From a bacterium (GTDB lineage Bacteria; Patescibacteriota; Minisyncoccia; Phycocordibacterales; UBA9973), in the NCBI GenBank assembly GCA_021824345.1, contig JAKAKW010000011.1:9074-73073 (forward strand): 64,000 bases of DNA, in the 5' to 3' direction. Of this stretch, positions 28,049-38,213 are shown piece by piece (within the stretch, counting starts at the first letter, position 1; each line of letters opens with the position of its first letter). The notes below the pieces were generated by a model. The model made no database searches. It saw only the letters and a program-made list of their open reading frames with translations, and was not told where the DNA came from. The position numbers and the translations under genes are program-made.

Positions 28049-29974
28049 ATGGCAGGAGACTCAGACAAATTAAATCGGCTGGAAGAATTAAAAACAAAGC
28101 TTTCCGGGAAAAATTATCGAATGAAAATCGGCAACCGAGAAGACTTTGTCCATCCATACAAAAGCGAGATATCTGATTCATGGGGAGGAAAAGAAAAAGA
28201 GAAGGAATCATTTTCGGACAAATTTTTTACCCAGACCTCCGCTTTCAAAAAATTTTTCATTTTTTCCATAATATTTTTCATACTTGCGGCCGGGTTCGCC
28301 GCTTTCACTTTTTTCTTCAAGGGCAATACCATTTCCAACAGCAATATCGGAATATCCGTGCTGGGCAATCCATTTGCGGCCGGCGGGGAGCCGCTTTCTC
28401 TGCAAATAGAAATTACGAACAAAAACAGTTCGCCTCTCGAGCTGGCCGATCTTTTGGTGGAGTATCCGAAAAGCGCTTCGGACAGCCTGGCTTCAAACGC
28501 TGAAAGGCAAAGAATAAACATCGGCACCGTTCCCGCCGGCGGGGTGCGGGATGAGAATGTAACCGTGGTGCTTTATGGCGAACAAGGAAGCGTGAAGCCG
28601 GTGAAAATAACTCTGGAATATCGAGTGGAAGGATCCAACGCCATCTTTGTGAAAGAGAAGGACTATCAAGTTTCCATCAACTCCACTCCTTTGTCTCTTT
28701 CCATTGATGTCCCTCCGAACGTCAGTCCGAATCAGAATGTTACCTTGAACATAAAAACCACATTGAATTCCACCATACCCGCAAAGAACATATTGGTCAG
28801 CGCGGACTACCCGGTGGGATTCCAGTTTGTATCGGCCAATCCCGCTCCGTCTTTCGGGAACAATGTCTGGACCCTTGGAGATCTGGCGCCCGGAGTGGAA
28901 AGGGATATTTCCGTTACCGGAAAAATAATAGGGGCGGCCAGCGGAGAGGACAAGACTTTTCACATATACAGCGGTTCGGAGAGCGATACCGATCAGTCAA
29001 AAATAGGCATAATTTTCAATTCACTTTCTCAGACGATAGCCGTGGAGAAGCCTTTCATTGCCGCCATGCTCTACCTCAACGGATCATATCAGGATCAGTA
29101 TGCGGTAGACGAAAGCACTCCTTTGGTGGGGGAGATACATTGGGCCAACAATCTTGATACCCAAGTAAACGATATGCGAATTACCGCCAAGATTTCCGGC
29201 AACGCCATGGATCCCGCTCAGATATCTTCCCAAGACGGGTTCTACGATTCCACCAAGGATTCCATCGTCTGGGATAAAAATTCGGACAGCGATCTTTCAC
29301 AGGTGGCTCCGGGCGGATCCGGGGTGGTGAAATTTACCATGTCTCCGCTGCCTCTCTACGGATCAAACGGACTCCTGTCCAATCCTTCCATCCGCATAGA
29401 TGTGTCGGTCTCGGGGAAACAGCCTCTTTCGGGCAATGCCTCCACCGATTTGCAAAATTCAGAATCAAAAACAGTTAAAATAATTTCGGATGTGGGATTG
29501 TCCGCCCAGGCCTTCTATTCTTCCGGACCATTTCAGAATTCCGGACCGGTTCCGCCGAAAGTCGGACAGAAAACCACTTACACTGTCACCTGGTCCGTGA
29601 CCAATACGGCCAACAATATATCCAAGGCGCAGGTAAAATCTTCTTTGCCTCCATGGATAGATTACGCCGGGATAGTTTCTCCCCCTTCAGAGGATTTCAG
29701 CTATAATCCTTCCACCAAGCAATTGGTTTGGAATGTCGGAAACATCGCCAAAGGGACGGGTATCACCGGCGGCAGCCGGCAAGTGAGCTTCCAAATAGAG
29801 TTCACGCCGTCGCTCTCCCAAGTCGGGGCCGCTCCCACCCTGGTGAACGACGCCGTTTTGACCGGGCATGATGATTTTGCTAATGTAGACGTGACGGTGA
29901 ACAAGACCGCCTTGAGCACCAGGCTCGGCAGTGATCCGAATTTCCCGGCCAGCGGAGAAAGGGTAGTGCAGTAG
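28049..29974 (+). CDS. Single-pass membrane protein with an extracellular beta-sandwich (DUF11-like) region
   Basis: One transmembrane helix followed by repeated beta-rich modules (PVGFQFVSANP..WTLGDLAPG; YTVTWSVTN...LVWNVG). Confidence 0.75.
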   Translation: MAGDSDKLNRLEELKTKLSGKNYRMKIGNREDFVHPYKSEISDSWGGKEKEKESFSDKFFTQTSAFKKFFIFSIIFFILAAGFAAFTFFFKGNTISNSNIGISVLGNPFAAGGEPLSLQIEITNKNSSPLELADLLVEYPKSASDSLASNAERQRINIGTVPAGGVRDENVTVVLYGEQGSVKPVKITLEYRVEGSNAIFVKEKDYQVSINSTPLSLSIDVPPNVSPNQNVTLNIKTTLNSTIPAKNILVSADYPVGFQFVSANPAPSFGNNVWTLGDLAPGVERDISVTGKIIGAASGEDKTFHIYSGSESDTDQSKIGIIFNSLSQTIAVEKPFIAAMLYLNGSYQDQYAVDESTPLVGEIHWANNLDTQVNDMRITAKISGNAMDPAQISSQDGFYDSTKDSIVWDKNSDSDLSQVAPGGSGVVKFTMSPLPLYGSNGLLSNPSIRIDVSVSGKQPLSGNASTDLQNSESKTVKIISDVGLSAQAFYSSGPFQNSGPVPPKVGQKTTYTVTWSVTNTANNISKAQVKSSLPPWIDYAGIVSPPSEDFSYNPSTKQLVWNVGNIAKGTGITGGSRQVSFQIEFTPSLSQVGAAPTLVNDAVLTGHDDFANVDVTVNKTALSTRLGSDPNFPASGERVVQ

Positions 29975-29983
29975 AAAGAAAAA

Positions 29984-31327
29984 ATGAGCAAAGAAAAAAA
30001 ATCGGAAGAGAACAATTTGATGGAAAAAATCGTGTCGCTCTCTAAGCGGCGGGGGTTCATTTTCCAAGGATCGGAAATATACGGAGGCTTGGCCGGCACC
30101 TGGGATTACGGCCCCTTGGGACTGGCCCTGAAGAAAAATATAGAAAGCCTGTGGTGGAACCGCTTTGTGGATTCGCGGGAGGATATGTACGGCATCGACT
30201 CCGCGATACTGATGAATCCGCGAGTGTGGGAGGCGAGCGGGCATGTGTCCGGTTTTTCCGATCCTCTGGTGCAGTGTGAAAAATGCAAGCGCCGTTTCCG
30301 GGCGGATCATTTGGAAAACGCTTCAAAATGCCCGGATTGCGGAGGAAAACTCGGGGAACCCAGGCAATTCAATATGATGTTCAGAACCTCCGTCGGTTCG
30401 GTGGACGGTTCGGATATGGCGGTATATTTGCGTCCGGAAACGGCGCAGGGAATGTTCGTGAATTTCAAAAATATTATTGATTCATATCATCCCAGAATGC
30501 CTTTCGGCATAGCCCAAATCGGCCGGGCTTTTCGGAACGAAATCGCTCCCCGCGATTTTATCTTCCGGGTAAGAGAGTTGGAAATCATGGAATTTGAATA
30601 TTTTGTTCGGGAAGATGAGTGGAAGGGCATTTTTGAGTATTGGCGCAAAGAAATGCTTTCCTGGTTTTTATCGCTCGGTTTTGAAGAAAGCGACATAAAG
30701 GAAGTGGAAATACCGGAGGAAGATCGAGCGCACTATTCCAAGCGCACCGTAGATTTTCATTTCAATTTCCCCCATAAATTTGATGAAATTGCCGGCCTCG
30801 CTTATCGCACCGGTTTCGATCTGGAGAACCACATCAGGGAGAGCGGATCGGATTTGTCGTATTTGGATCCGGTGTCCGGCGAAAGATTCGTCCCTCACGC
30901 GCTTGAGCCCACTTTCGGCCTCGGCCGGCATCTTTTGGCCGTTCTATCCAAGGCTTATACCGAAGACAATCTCGGCGGAGAAACAAGAGTTTTTCTAAAA
31001 TTCCCCGCAAGGCTGGCACCGATCAAAGCGGCCGTGTTTCCTTTGCTCAAAAACAAGCCGGAATTGGTAAAAAAAGCGAGAGATATATATGAGACCCTGA
31101 AGAAAGAAGTGCCTCAGACTGAATTTGACGACAACGGCAACATCGGCAAGCGCTATCGCCGGCAGGATGAAATCGGCACTCCCTGGTGCATTGTGGCGGA
31201 TTTCGACACCTTGGAAGACGACACGGTTACAGTTCGCGACAGGGATACCGGAAAACAGGAGAGGATGAAAATTGCGGAACTGTCCGGATATATTAAAGAA
31301 AAGCTGGCGGCAGGAAGTTTGCGATAG
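29984..31327 (+). CDS. glyQS: Glycine--tRNA ligase (homodimeric type)
   Basis: KRRGF, DYGPLG, LRPETAQG, FRNEI and IGKRYRRQDEIGTP motifs. Confidence 0.97.
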   Translation: MSKEKKSEENNLMEKIVSLSKRRGFIFQGSEIYGGLAGTWDYGPLGLALKKNIESLWWNRFVDSREDMYGIDSAILMNPRVWEASGHVSGFSDPLVQCEKCKRRFRADHLENASKCPDCGGKLGEPRQFNMMFRTSVGSVDGSDMAVYLRPETAQGMFVNFKNIIDSYHPRMPFGIAQIGRAFRNEIAPRDFIFRVRELEIMEFEYFVREDEWKGIFEYWRKEMLSWFLSLGFEESDIKEVEIPEEDRAHYSKRTVDFHFNFPHKFDEIAGLAYRTGFDLENHIRESGSDLSYLDPVSGERFVPHALEPTFGLGRHLLAVLSKAYTEDNLGGETRVFLKFPARLAPIKAAVFPLLKNKPELVKKARDIYETLKKEVPQTEFDDNGNIGKRYRRQDEIGTPWCIVADFDTLEDDTVTVRDRDTGKQERMKIAELSGYIKEKLAAGSLR

Positions 31328-31351
31328 GAAAACAGCGGGTGCACGGCAGCA

Positions 31352-31447
31352 GCGGGAGAGTGGGAGGCCTTGCCTCCCACTTTTTAATATGTGTCCTGCC
31401 AGGCCACGACTTCTAGGAGTGGGAGGCAAGGCCTCCCACTCTCCCGC
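31352..31447. repeat. Composite of two family-B palindromes forming a 30-bp perfect inverted repeat
   Basis: GCGGGAGAGTGGGAGGCCTTGCCTCCCACT (31352-31381) and its exact reverse complement (31418-31447). Confidence 0.92.
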
Positions 31448-31487
31448 CGGGCTTCCTACAAGCTTTTGATTATGGTATGTTTTATGG

Positions 31488-32756
31488 ATGAAAATCTCCA
31501 AGAAAATTCTTTCCAACGGCCTTCGGGTGGTGGCCATACCGATGAAAGACAATCCGACTGTTACCGTGCTGGTGCTGGTGGAAGCGGGATCCAAGTACGA
31601 ACCCGCCCGGCAGAACGGCATCTCCCATTTTTTGGAGCATATGTGCTGGAAAGGCACCCTGAAGCGTCCGGGGTCCGTGGATATTTCCCGGGAACTGGAC
31701 GAGCTCGGCAGTTCATACAACGCTTTTACTTCCCACGAATTCACCGGATACTACGCCAAGTCCGACGGCCGGCACTTCCGGAAAATTTTTGAATTGCTGT
31801 CGGATATTTATCTGCACCCTGTTTTTCCTGAAGCGGAAATAGAGAAGGAAAAAGGAGTGATCATGGAGGAAATGAACATGTACCGCGATATTCCGCAGCG
31901 GCACATTGACGATCTGTTTATGAAGCTTCTTTACGGGCCTTCTCCGGCCGGGCGAGGCATCTTAGGCTCCCGGGAGAGCGTTTCCGGGCTCAAACAAAGA
32001 GATCTTTTGCGCTATCACTCCATGCATTATCTGCCGGAATCCACCGTAATTGCGGTGGCGGGAAAAGTTTCCGAGAGGGAAGTGATGGAAGAAGCGAGGA
32101 AGATATTCGGGAATGTGAAGCGCGGAAGAAAGGCCGGCAAGCCGAAGGTGCGGGAAAGCCAGAAAAAACCCGCCGTTTTGATTGAATACAAAAAAACCGA
32201 CCAGGCGCATTTCATGCTCGGAGTCAGAACTTACAGCATGTTTGACAAGCGGTCGCCGGCTCTTGCCCTTCTTTCCTCGGTGCTTACCGGAGGAATGAGT
32301 TCCCGCTTGTTTATAAAATTGAGAGAAGAAATGGGAGCGGGATACTACGTGCGTTCCGACAATGATACTTTTACCGACCACGGATTCTTCCAGATTTCCG
32401 CCGGAGTGGACAAGAAGAGGATAAAAGAAGCGCTTCGGGCGGTGCTGGCCGAATGCCGGAAGCTGGCGGAAAAAGAAGTTTCCAAAAGGGAACTGGACAA
32501 GGCGAAAGAGATCTTGATAAGCGGAATGAAATTCTCTCTGGAATCCAGCGACGACATCGCCGATTTTTACGGAGGACAGGAAGTGCTAAAAAGGAAGATG
32601 GTTTCTTCCGAAGAGAAAGCCAGAAGGATCAGGGCCGTCACTCCCGCCCTGCTTCGCAAAACAGCCGAGGAAATTTTCAAAGACGGGAGCCTGAATCTGG
32701 CCCTGATCGGCCCTTTCCGGCAGAAGGGAGAATTTTTGAAAATGCTCAAATTCTGA
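31488..32756 (+). CDS. M16 family zinc peptidase
   Basis: GISHFLEHM (HxxEH), NAFTS and SSRLF..LRE motifs. Confidence 0.95.
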   Translation: MKISKKILSNGLRVVAIPMKDNPTVTVLVLVEAGSKYEPARQNGISHFLEHMCWKGTLKRPGSVDISRELDELGSSYNAFTSHEFTGYYAKSDGRHFRKIFELLSDIYLHPVFPEAEIEKEKGVIMEEMNMYRDIPQRHIDDLFMKLLYGPSPAGRGILGSRESVSGLKQRDLLRYHSMHYLPESTVIAVAGKVSEREVMEEARKIFGNVKRGRKAGKPKVRESQKKPAVLIEYKKTDQAHFMLGVRTYSMFDKRSPALALLSSVLTGGMSSRLFIKLREEMGAGYYVRSDNDTFTDHGFFQISAGVDKKRIKEALRAVLAECRKLAEKEVSKRELDKAKEILISGMKFSLESSDDIADFYGGQEVLKRKMVSSEEKARRIRAVTPALLRKTAEEIFKDGSLNLALIGPFRQKGEFLKMLKF

Positions 32757-32768
32757 TATTATATCAGT

Positions 32769-33851
32769 ATGTCCGACGGGAAGAACAAACTCTCCATCTC
32801 CATATCCACCGACACCATGCTTCGGGCGGTTTTGGTGGCGCTCGGGGTGTTTCTCATTTGGCGCCTGCACGATCTGGTAATGGTTATTCTGACCGCAATC
32901 GTGGTCGCTTCCTTTGTGGAATCCGCCATTCCCCACCTTCAAAAGCTGCGGCTGGGAAGGGTCGCGGGGGTTGTCATACTTTACATTATTACCCTGCTTA
33001 TTCTCGGGGGGCTGTTTTATATCTTCGTCCCTCTTCTGATCGCGGAGATCTACAATATTTCAAGCGTTCTTTCCAACTACATTCCAAATGTGGCATTTCT
33101 CGACGCCCTCAAGGCCGGCTTTTCCGGAGCTCAAAATATCGTGTCCAGCCTGCCGTCCGGCAACATCACTTTTTCTTCCTTGCTTTCCACGTCCAGCGCC
33201 TTTATCGGGAATCTTTCGGGCGGATTTTTCCAGACTTTATCTCTTGCCTTCGGCAGTATCGTGAACGTGGTGCTTATCATCCTCATTTCTTTCTATCTTT
33301 CCATTCAGAAAAACGGCATAGAGAATTTTTTGCAGATAATCTTTCCGGCCCAGTACGAAGAGTATGTGCTTGACCTATGGCGCAGAACCAGGAGAAAAAT
33401 CGCCTTTTGGATGAGGGGACAGATGCTCCTCGGAGTGATCATCGGGGTGCTGACTTATCTGGTCCTGACTCTGCTCGGAAGCGAATATTCACTGCTCTTG
33501 GCCATCATCTCCGGCATCACCGAGCTCATTCCTTACGGCATTCTTATCGCCCTCATTCCCGCCGTGTCTTTTTCATACATTTCCGGCGGAATTTCCATGG
33601 CCCTCTTGGTGGCCGGCGCGTATTTGATAATTCACCAGTTTGAAGCGTATCTCTTTACTCCGCTTATCATGCAGAAAGTGGTGGGGCTTTCGCCTTTAGT
33701 GGTAATCCTGGCCGCCTTGGTGGGACTCGAGCTCGGCGGATTCTGGGGCCTGGTGCTGGCCATCCCGGGCGCGGTGTTTATCATGGAACTGGTAGGCGAT
33801 TTGGAAAAAAGAAAAGCTTTCCGAAAAGAAAATCCCCGCTCGGAATCGTGA
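32769..33851 (+). CDS. AI-2E family transporter
   Basis: Multi-pass membrane protein; RGQ, LIPY and P......VGLSPL....GG.WG..LAIP motifs. Confidence 0.9.
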   Translation: MSDGKNKLSISISTDTMLRAVLVALGVFLIWRLHDLVMVILTAIVVASFVESAIPHLQKLRLGRVAGVVILYIITLLILGGLFYIFVPLLIAEIYNISSVLSNYIPNVAFLDALKAGFSGAQNIVSSLPSGNITFSSLLSTSSAFIGNLSGGFFQTLSLAFGSIVNVVLIILISFYLSIQKNGIENFLQIIFPAQYEEYVLDLWRRTRRKIAFWMRGQMLLGVIIGVLTYLVLTLLGSEYSLLLAIISGITELIPYGILIALIPAVSFSYISGGISMALLVAGAYLIIHQFEAYLFTPLIMQKVVGLSPLVVILAALVGLELGGFWGLVLAIPGAVFIMELVGDLEKRKAFRKENPRSES

Positions 33852-35305
33852 AAAATTTCTATATTACAACCACTCTTCCTTATGTAAACGCGCCCCTGCA
33901 CATGGGACACGCCCTTGAGTTCGTGCGGGCGGACGCCGTAGCCAGATACAAGAAATTGATCGGCTTTGAAGTATTCTTCAATACCGGCACCGACGAGCAT
34001 GGAATGAAAATTTTCGAGCGGGCGGAGGACGAAGGCATGAGCCCCCAGAAATTCGTGGATGAGAGCTACGCCAAATTCCGCGAGTCGGTGAAAATTTTCG
34101 GCATCATGCCGGAGGCGCATTTTATCCGCACCACGGAAGAGAGGCATATAAAGGCGGCCCGGGAATTCTGGCAAAGATGCAAGGATGGCAAGGATGAAAA
34201 CGGGCAGTCGTATATATACAAGAAGAACTACAAGGCGAAATATTGCGTCGGCTGCGAAGAAGAAAAATCCGATTCGGAGCTGGAGAACGGAGAATGCCCG
34301 CTCCATCCCGGCCGCCCGCTTGAGGTCATTGAAGAGGAAAATTATTTCTTCCGATACAGCTCGCTTCAGAATAAATTGCTCAAGTTTTATGAAGACAACC
34401 CCGATTTTGTCGTTCCCGATTTTCGCTTCAATGAAGTAAAACAATTCGTCTCCGGAGGACTGCGGGACTTTTCCATTTCGCGTTTGAAAGAAAAGATGCC
34501 CTGGGGCATTCCGGTGCCCGGGGACCCTGACCATGTGATGTATGTGTGGTTTGACGCTCTAACCAACTATATTTCCACTCTCGGCTGGCCGGAGGACGAA
34601 GACGGGCTCTTTGAAAAATTCTGGGCGAACGGAACGCCCGTTCAATATTGCGGAAAGGACAATACCCGCTTCCAGGCGGCCATGTGGCAGGCCATGCTCA
34701 TGGCGGCCGGCGCGCCCAATTCGCACAAGGTAATAGTGGACGGCTTTATCACCGGCGAAGGAGGAGTGCGCATGTCCAAAACCATCGGCAATGTGGTGGA
34801 CCCGAAGGATATCGCCGAAGAATACGGCACCGATGCCCTGCGATATTTCCTTCTCGGGGAGGTATCAAGTTTTGAAGACAGCCCGTTTACCATGGAGCGA
34901 TTCAAAAACGCATACAACGCCAAACTGGCGAACGGATTGGGAAACCTTGCTTCGCGCATCCTCACTCTTTCCGAAAAATATTTGGAAAAGTGTCCGGAAA
35001 TACCGGAAAAATCCATACCGCAGGAATTTTTTGATTATTTTGAAAAGTTTGACATGCAGAAGGCGGTTGAATTCGCATGGAACAAAATCCAGGCGCTGGA
35101 TAAAAGAATCCAGGAAGAACAGCCGTTCAAAGTAGTGAAGACCGACGAGGAGAAAGGGAAGGAGATAATAAAAGAGCTGGTGCTGGAGCTCTATGCCGTT
35201 GCCCGGATGCTCAATCCTCTTCTGCCCGAGACGAACGTGAAGCTTAAAAAACTGATTCGCGAAAACAAAAAGCCCGAAACTCCGCTTTTTCCCCGCAAAG
35301 ATTAG
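33848..35305 (+). CDS. metG: Methionine--tRNA ligase (short form)
   Basis: YVNAPLHMGH, TGTDEHG, YVWFDAL and RMSKT motifs. Confidence 0.97.
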   Translation: MKNFYITTTLPYVNAPLHMGHALEFVRADAVARYKKLIGFEVFFNTGTDEHGMKIFERAEDEGMSPQKFVDESYAKFRESVKIFGIMPEAHFIRTTEERHIKAAREFWQRCKDGKDENGQSYIYKKNYKAKYCVGCEEEKSDSELENGECPLHPGRPLEVIEEENYFFRYSSLQNKLLKFYEDNPDFVVPDFRFNEVKQFVSGGLRDFSISRLKEKMPWGIPVPGDPDHVMYVWFDALTNYISTLGWPEDEDGLFEKFWANGTPVQYCGKDNTRFQAAMWQAMLMAAGAPNSHKVIVDGFITGEGGVRMSKTIGNVVDPKDIAEEYGTDALRYFLLGEVSSFEDSPFTMERFKNAYNAKLANGLGNLASRILTLSEKYLEKCPEIPEKSIPQEFFDYFEKFDMQKAVEFAWNKIQALDKRIQEEQPFKVVKTDEEKGKEIIKELVLELYAVARMLNPLLPETNVKLKKLIRENKKPETPLFPRKD

Positions 35306-35307
35306 CC

Positions 35308-36123
35308 ATGCCGAAATACATAGATATACATTGCCATACGAACTTTCAGGTGTTCAAAGAAGATTATAAAGACGTTATAAAGCGGGCGCTCCGGGGCGAT
35401 ACCTGGCTCATAAATGTCGGCACCCAGGCGGATACTTCCCAAAGGGCCATAGAAATCGCCCGTGAATATCCGGAAGGAGTTTATGCTTCCATCGGCCTGC
35501 ATCCCATTCATACCGGCAAGTCATATCACGACGAGAAGGAGCTCGGGGAGGGAGGCGCGGAATTCACTTCCCGGGGAGAGGTTTTTGACCATGATACGTA
35601 TCTTGCCTTGGCGAAAGATCCGAAGACGGTTGCAATAGGGGAATGCGGCCTTGATTACTATCGCACCGAACCCGAATCCATTGAAAAGCAAAAGCAGGCG
35701 TTCATCGCGCAGATAGAATTGGCCAATGAAGTTGGCAAGCCTCTCATGCTTCATGTGCGCGACGCTTACGAAGATACTCTGGAAATTTTAAAAAAGTATG
35801 CCAAAGTAAAGGGAGCGGTGCATTTTTTTGTCGGCACGCCCGCGCAGGCGAAAAATTTTCTGGATTTTGGTTTTATGCTTTCCTTTACCGGAGTGCTGAC
35901 TTTCACTCATGATTATGATGAGGTTGTAAAAGCCGCTCCGCTTGATATGATTTTGAACGACACTGATTCGCCTTATGTGGCTCCCGTGCCGCACAGGGGA
36001 AAACAAAACGAGCCGGCGTACATACGGGAAGTGACAAAGAGAATCGCCGAGCTGAAAGGAATATCTGAAGAAGAAGCGGCCTCCGCCATCATGGCAAACG
36101 CCCGGCGGCTGTTCAAGATCTAG
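35308..36123 (+). CDS. tatD: TatD family deoxyribonuclease
   Basis: DIHCH, GLHP, IGECGLDY and TDSPY motifs. Confidence 0.95.
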   Translation: MPKYIDIHCHTNFQVFKEDYKDVIKRALRGDTWLINVGTQADTSQRAIEIAREYPEGVYASIGLHPIHTGKSYHDEKELGEGGAEFTSRGEVFDHDTYLALAKDPKTVAIGECGLDYYRTEPESIEKQKQAFIAQIELANEVGKPLMLHVRDAYEDTLEILKKYAKVKGAVHFFVGTPAQAKNFLDFGFMLSFTGVLTFTHDYDEVVKAAPLDMILNDTDSPYVAPVPHRGKQNEPAYIREVTKRIAELKGISEEEAASAIMANARRLFKI

Positions 36124-36126
36124 AAG

Positions 36127-36241
36127 GGCCGGGGAACGCACAGGAGTTCTGCTAGGTCCTCGTTCTCCTCGCTTTAGGTCCGCTTCTACGAAGCTGGAAG
36201 CTCGGCCAGACCATCGCAGAGCTCCTGTGCGTTCCCCGGCC
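36127..36241. repeat. Intergenic fold-back element, homologous to the ileS insert
   Basis: 26-bp arms GGCCGGGGAACGCACAGGAGTTCTGC / GCAGAGCTCCTGTGCGTTCCCCGGCC (one G.T pair); shared core. Confidence 0.9.
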
Positions 36242-36303
36242 TATTCATATTCCTTTCGGCCTGAAATTGGACTTTTAAAGCCCTTTCTGTTAATATGCAG
36301 CAT

Positions 36304-36849
36304 ATGTCAGAGACGGAAAACGATGACAAAAAATCCGCAGAAATCGCGGAAAATAAAGACACGGCCGAATCGGCAAAATCCGCCGGGAAGCAGATATACG
36401 AGCTCGGCTATCTTTTGGTGCCCACCATTGCTGAGGAAAACGCCCCTGCGTTGTTCGGCAACCTGAAAGAATTAGTGGTTTCTTTCGGCGGAGAGATAAT
36501 TTCCAGCGAAATGCCCAGAATGATCCGCCTTGCTTATGTAATGGCCAAAACCATTGATAACGTAAAAAACAAGTTTGATACGGCATATTTCGGATGGATA
36601 AAGTTTGAGGCGGAAAAGAGCGCCGTCGCTGAAATAAAGAAGAAGCTTGACGCAAACACCGACCTTATCCGCTTCCTGATCACCAAAACCGTCCGGGAAA
36701 ACACTCTTGCTCCGAAGAAGTTCAGCGGAGGCGGTTCAAGCAGGTATCGCGGATCCGCCGAACACAAGGAGGAAAAAGAGCCCTCCGCTCCCATGGATGA
36801 AGAGAAAGTGGACAAGGAAATAGAAGCCCTGGTAACCGAGGCGGCTTAA
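36304..36849 (+). CDS. rpsF: 30S ribosomal protein S6 with N- and C-terminal extensions
   Basis: YELGYLL...LAY...AYFGW...IRFLI; rpsF-ssb-rpsR synteny. Confidence 0.9.
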   Translation: MSETENDDKKSAEIAENKDTAESAKSAGKQIYELGYLLVPTIAEENAPALFGNLKELVVSFGGEIISSEMPRMIRLAYVMAKTIDNVKNKFDTAYFGWIKFEAEKSAVAEIKKKLDANTDLIRFLITKTVRENTLAPKKFSGGGSSRYRGSAEHKEEKEPSAPMDEEKVDKEIEALVTEAA

Positions 36850-36891
36850 TTATCATTAACCAGCCGCGGAGATGGCGCTTATAAAAATAAC

Positions 36892-37344
36892 ATGTATCTA
36901 AACAAAGTCATTCTAATAGGAAATCTTACTCGCGATCCGGAGCTGCGCTCTCTGCCTTCAGGAATAAAAGTTTGCTCTTTCTCCATAGCCACTAACAGGG
37001 TATGGAAGGACAAGAACGGTTCCCGCCAGGAAGCGGCCGATTATCATAATGTGGTTGTGTTCGGCAGGCAAGCGGAAAACGTGGCCCAGTATATGAAGAA
37101 AGGAAATTCCATGCTGGTGGAAGGCAGAATGCAAACCCGCAGCTGGGAAGACAAGCAGAGCGGAGAAAAAAAATATCGGACGGAGGTGATCGCCGATCGC
37201 ACTCAATTCGGACCGAAAGGCGGCGGCGGAGGAGGAAGCGCCGGAGCTTCTCAAGGGGCCAAAGGCAAGCAGGAAGAATCCGGAGAAGTTGATTCCATAG
37301 AATATCCGGAAGAAGACATTAACCCGGAAGACATACCATTTTAA
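36892..37344 (+). CDS. ssb: Single-stranded DNA-binding protein
   Basis: NKVILIGNLTRDPE, VEGR..TRSW; C-terminal DIPF. Confidence 0.98.
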   Translation: MYLNKVILIGNLTRDPELRSLPSGIKVCSFSIATNRVWKDKNGSRQEAADYHNVVVFGRQAENVAQYMKKGNSMLVEGRMQTRSWEDKQSGEKKYRTEVIADRTQFGPKGGGGGGSAGASQGAKGKQEESGEVDSIEYPEEDINPEDIPF

Positions 37345-37355
37345 TTTAAAGAAAT

Positions 37356-37556
37356 ATGAAGCAAGATTATTTTTCAGCCAACAATATCAAATACATAGAT
37401 TACAAAGACGTGGAAATCCTGAAGCGCTTTCTGAACGCCAACGGCAAAATTGTGAACCACAAGCGTTCCGGAATCACTTCCAAAAACCAGCGCAAGCTGG
37501 CGACCGCCATAAAGAATGCCCGCTTTATGGGGCTTCTGCCTTTCGTGGCGAAATAG
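37356..37556 (+). CDS. rpsR: 30S ribosomal protein S18
   Basis: IDYKD...GKI...QRKLATAIKNARFMGLLPF. Confidence 0.97.
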   Translation: MKQDYFSANNIKYIDYKDVEILKRFLNANGKIVNHKRSGITSKNQRKLATAIKNARFMGLLPFVAK

Positions 37557-37577
37557 CGAATTTTATAAGTTTTAATG

Positions 37578-37624
37578 AAGGTGGGAGGCCTTGCCTCCCT
37601 AAAGGAGGCAAGGCCTCCCACCTT
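37578..37624. repeat. Doubled family-B palindrome just upstream of efp
   Basis: AAGGTGGGAGGCCTTGCCTCC-CTAAA-GGAGGCAAGGCCTCCCACCTT. Confidence 0.9.
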
Positions 37625-37635
37625 TTCTTTATATT

Positions 37636-38208
37636 ATGCTTGCATACAACGAAATTCGGGAAAAGAAAATAATCATTTACAACGGAGAACCATGCGAAGT
37701 GGTGGATTCCCATGTGGCCCGCACCCAGCAAAGGAAGCCCCAGAACCAGGTGAAATTAAAAAGCCTGATTTCCGGCAAGACCATAGCCGCCACTTTCCAT
37801 GTATCGGACTCCGCGGATGAGGCGGAAATAGACCGGAAGGAAGTAAAATTTTTATACCAAAACCGCGGGGAGTATTGGTTCTGCGAACCAAGCGATCCCA
37901 GCAAGCGCTTCAAGCTCGATGATTCTCTGATCGGCGCGTCGGGAAAATTCCTGAAGGCGAACGAGAATGTTTCCGTCATGGTATGGGACGACGAGGGAGA
38001 AGAAAAAACCATCAAGCTGGATCTGCCCATCAAAATGGAATTCAAGGTAAAAACGGCTCCTCCCGCGGTAAAAGGCAACACCGCCCAGGGCGGAAGCAAA
38101 GTAATCACTCTTGAAAACGGCACTACCATTAACGCTCCGATGTTCATCAGCGAAGGGGATACCATCCGGGTAAATACCGAGACGGGGGAATACGTGGAGC
38201 GAGCGTAA
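37636..38208 (+). CDS. efp: Elongation factor P
   Basis: PAVKGNTA, LENG...P.FI.EGD.IRVNTETGEYVERA. Confidence 0.95.
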   Translation: MLAYNEIREKKIIIYNGEPCEVVDSHVARTQQRKPQNQVKLKSLISGKTIAATFHVSDSADEAEIDRKEVKFLYQNRGEYWFCEPSDPSKRFKLDDSLIGASGKFLKANENVSVMVWDDEGEEKTIKLDLPIKMEFKVKTAPPAVKGNTAQGGSKVITLENGTTINAPMFISEGDTIRVNTETGEYVERA

Positions 38209-38213
38209 TATTC

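Noticed and set aside
32453-34534. Long alternative-frame or antisense ORFs (306 aa and 300 aa)
   Set aside because: They overlap well-supported genes and have no recognisable motifs, as expected for shadow ORFs in GC-rich coding DNA.
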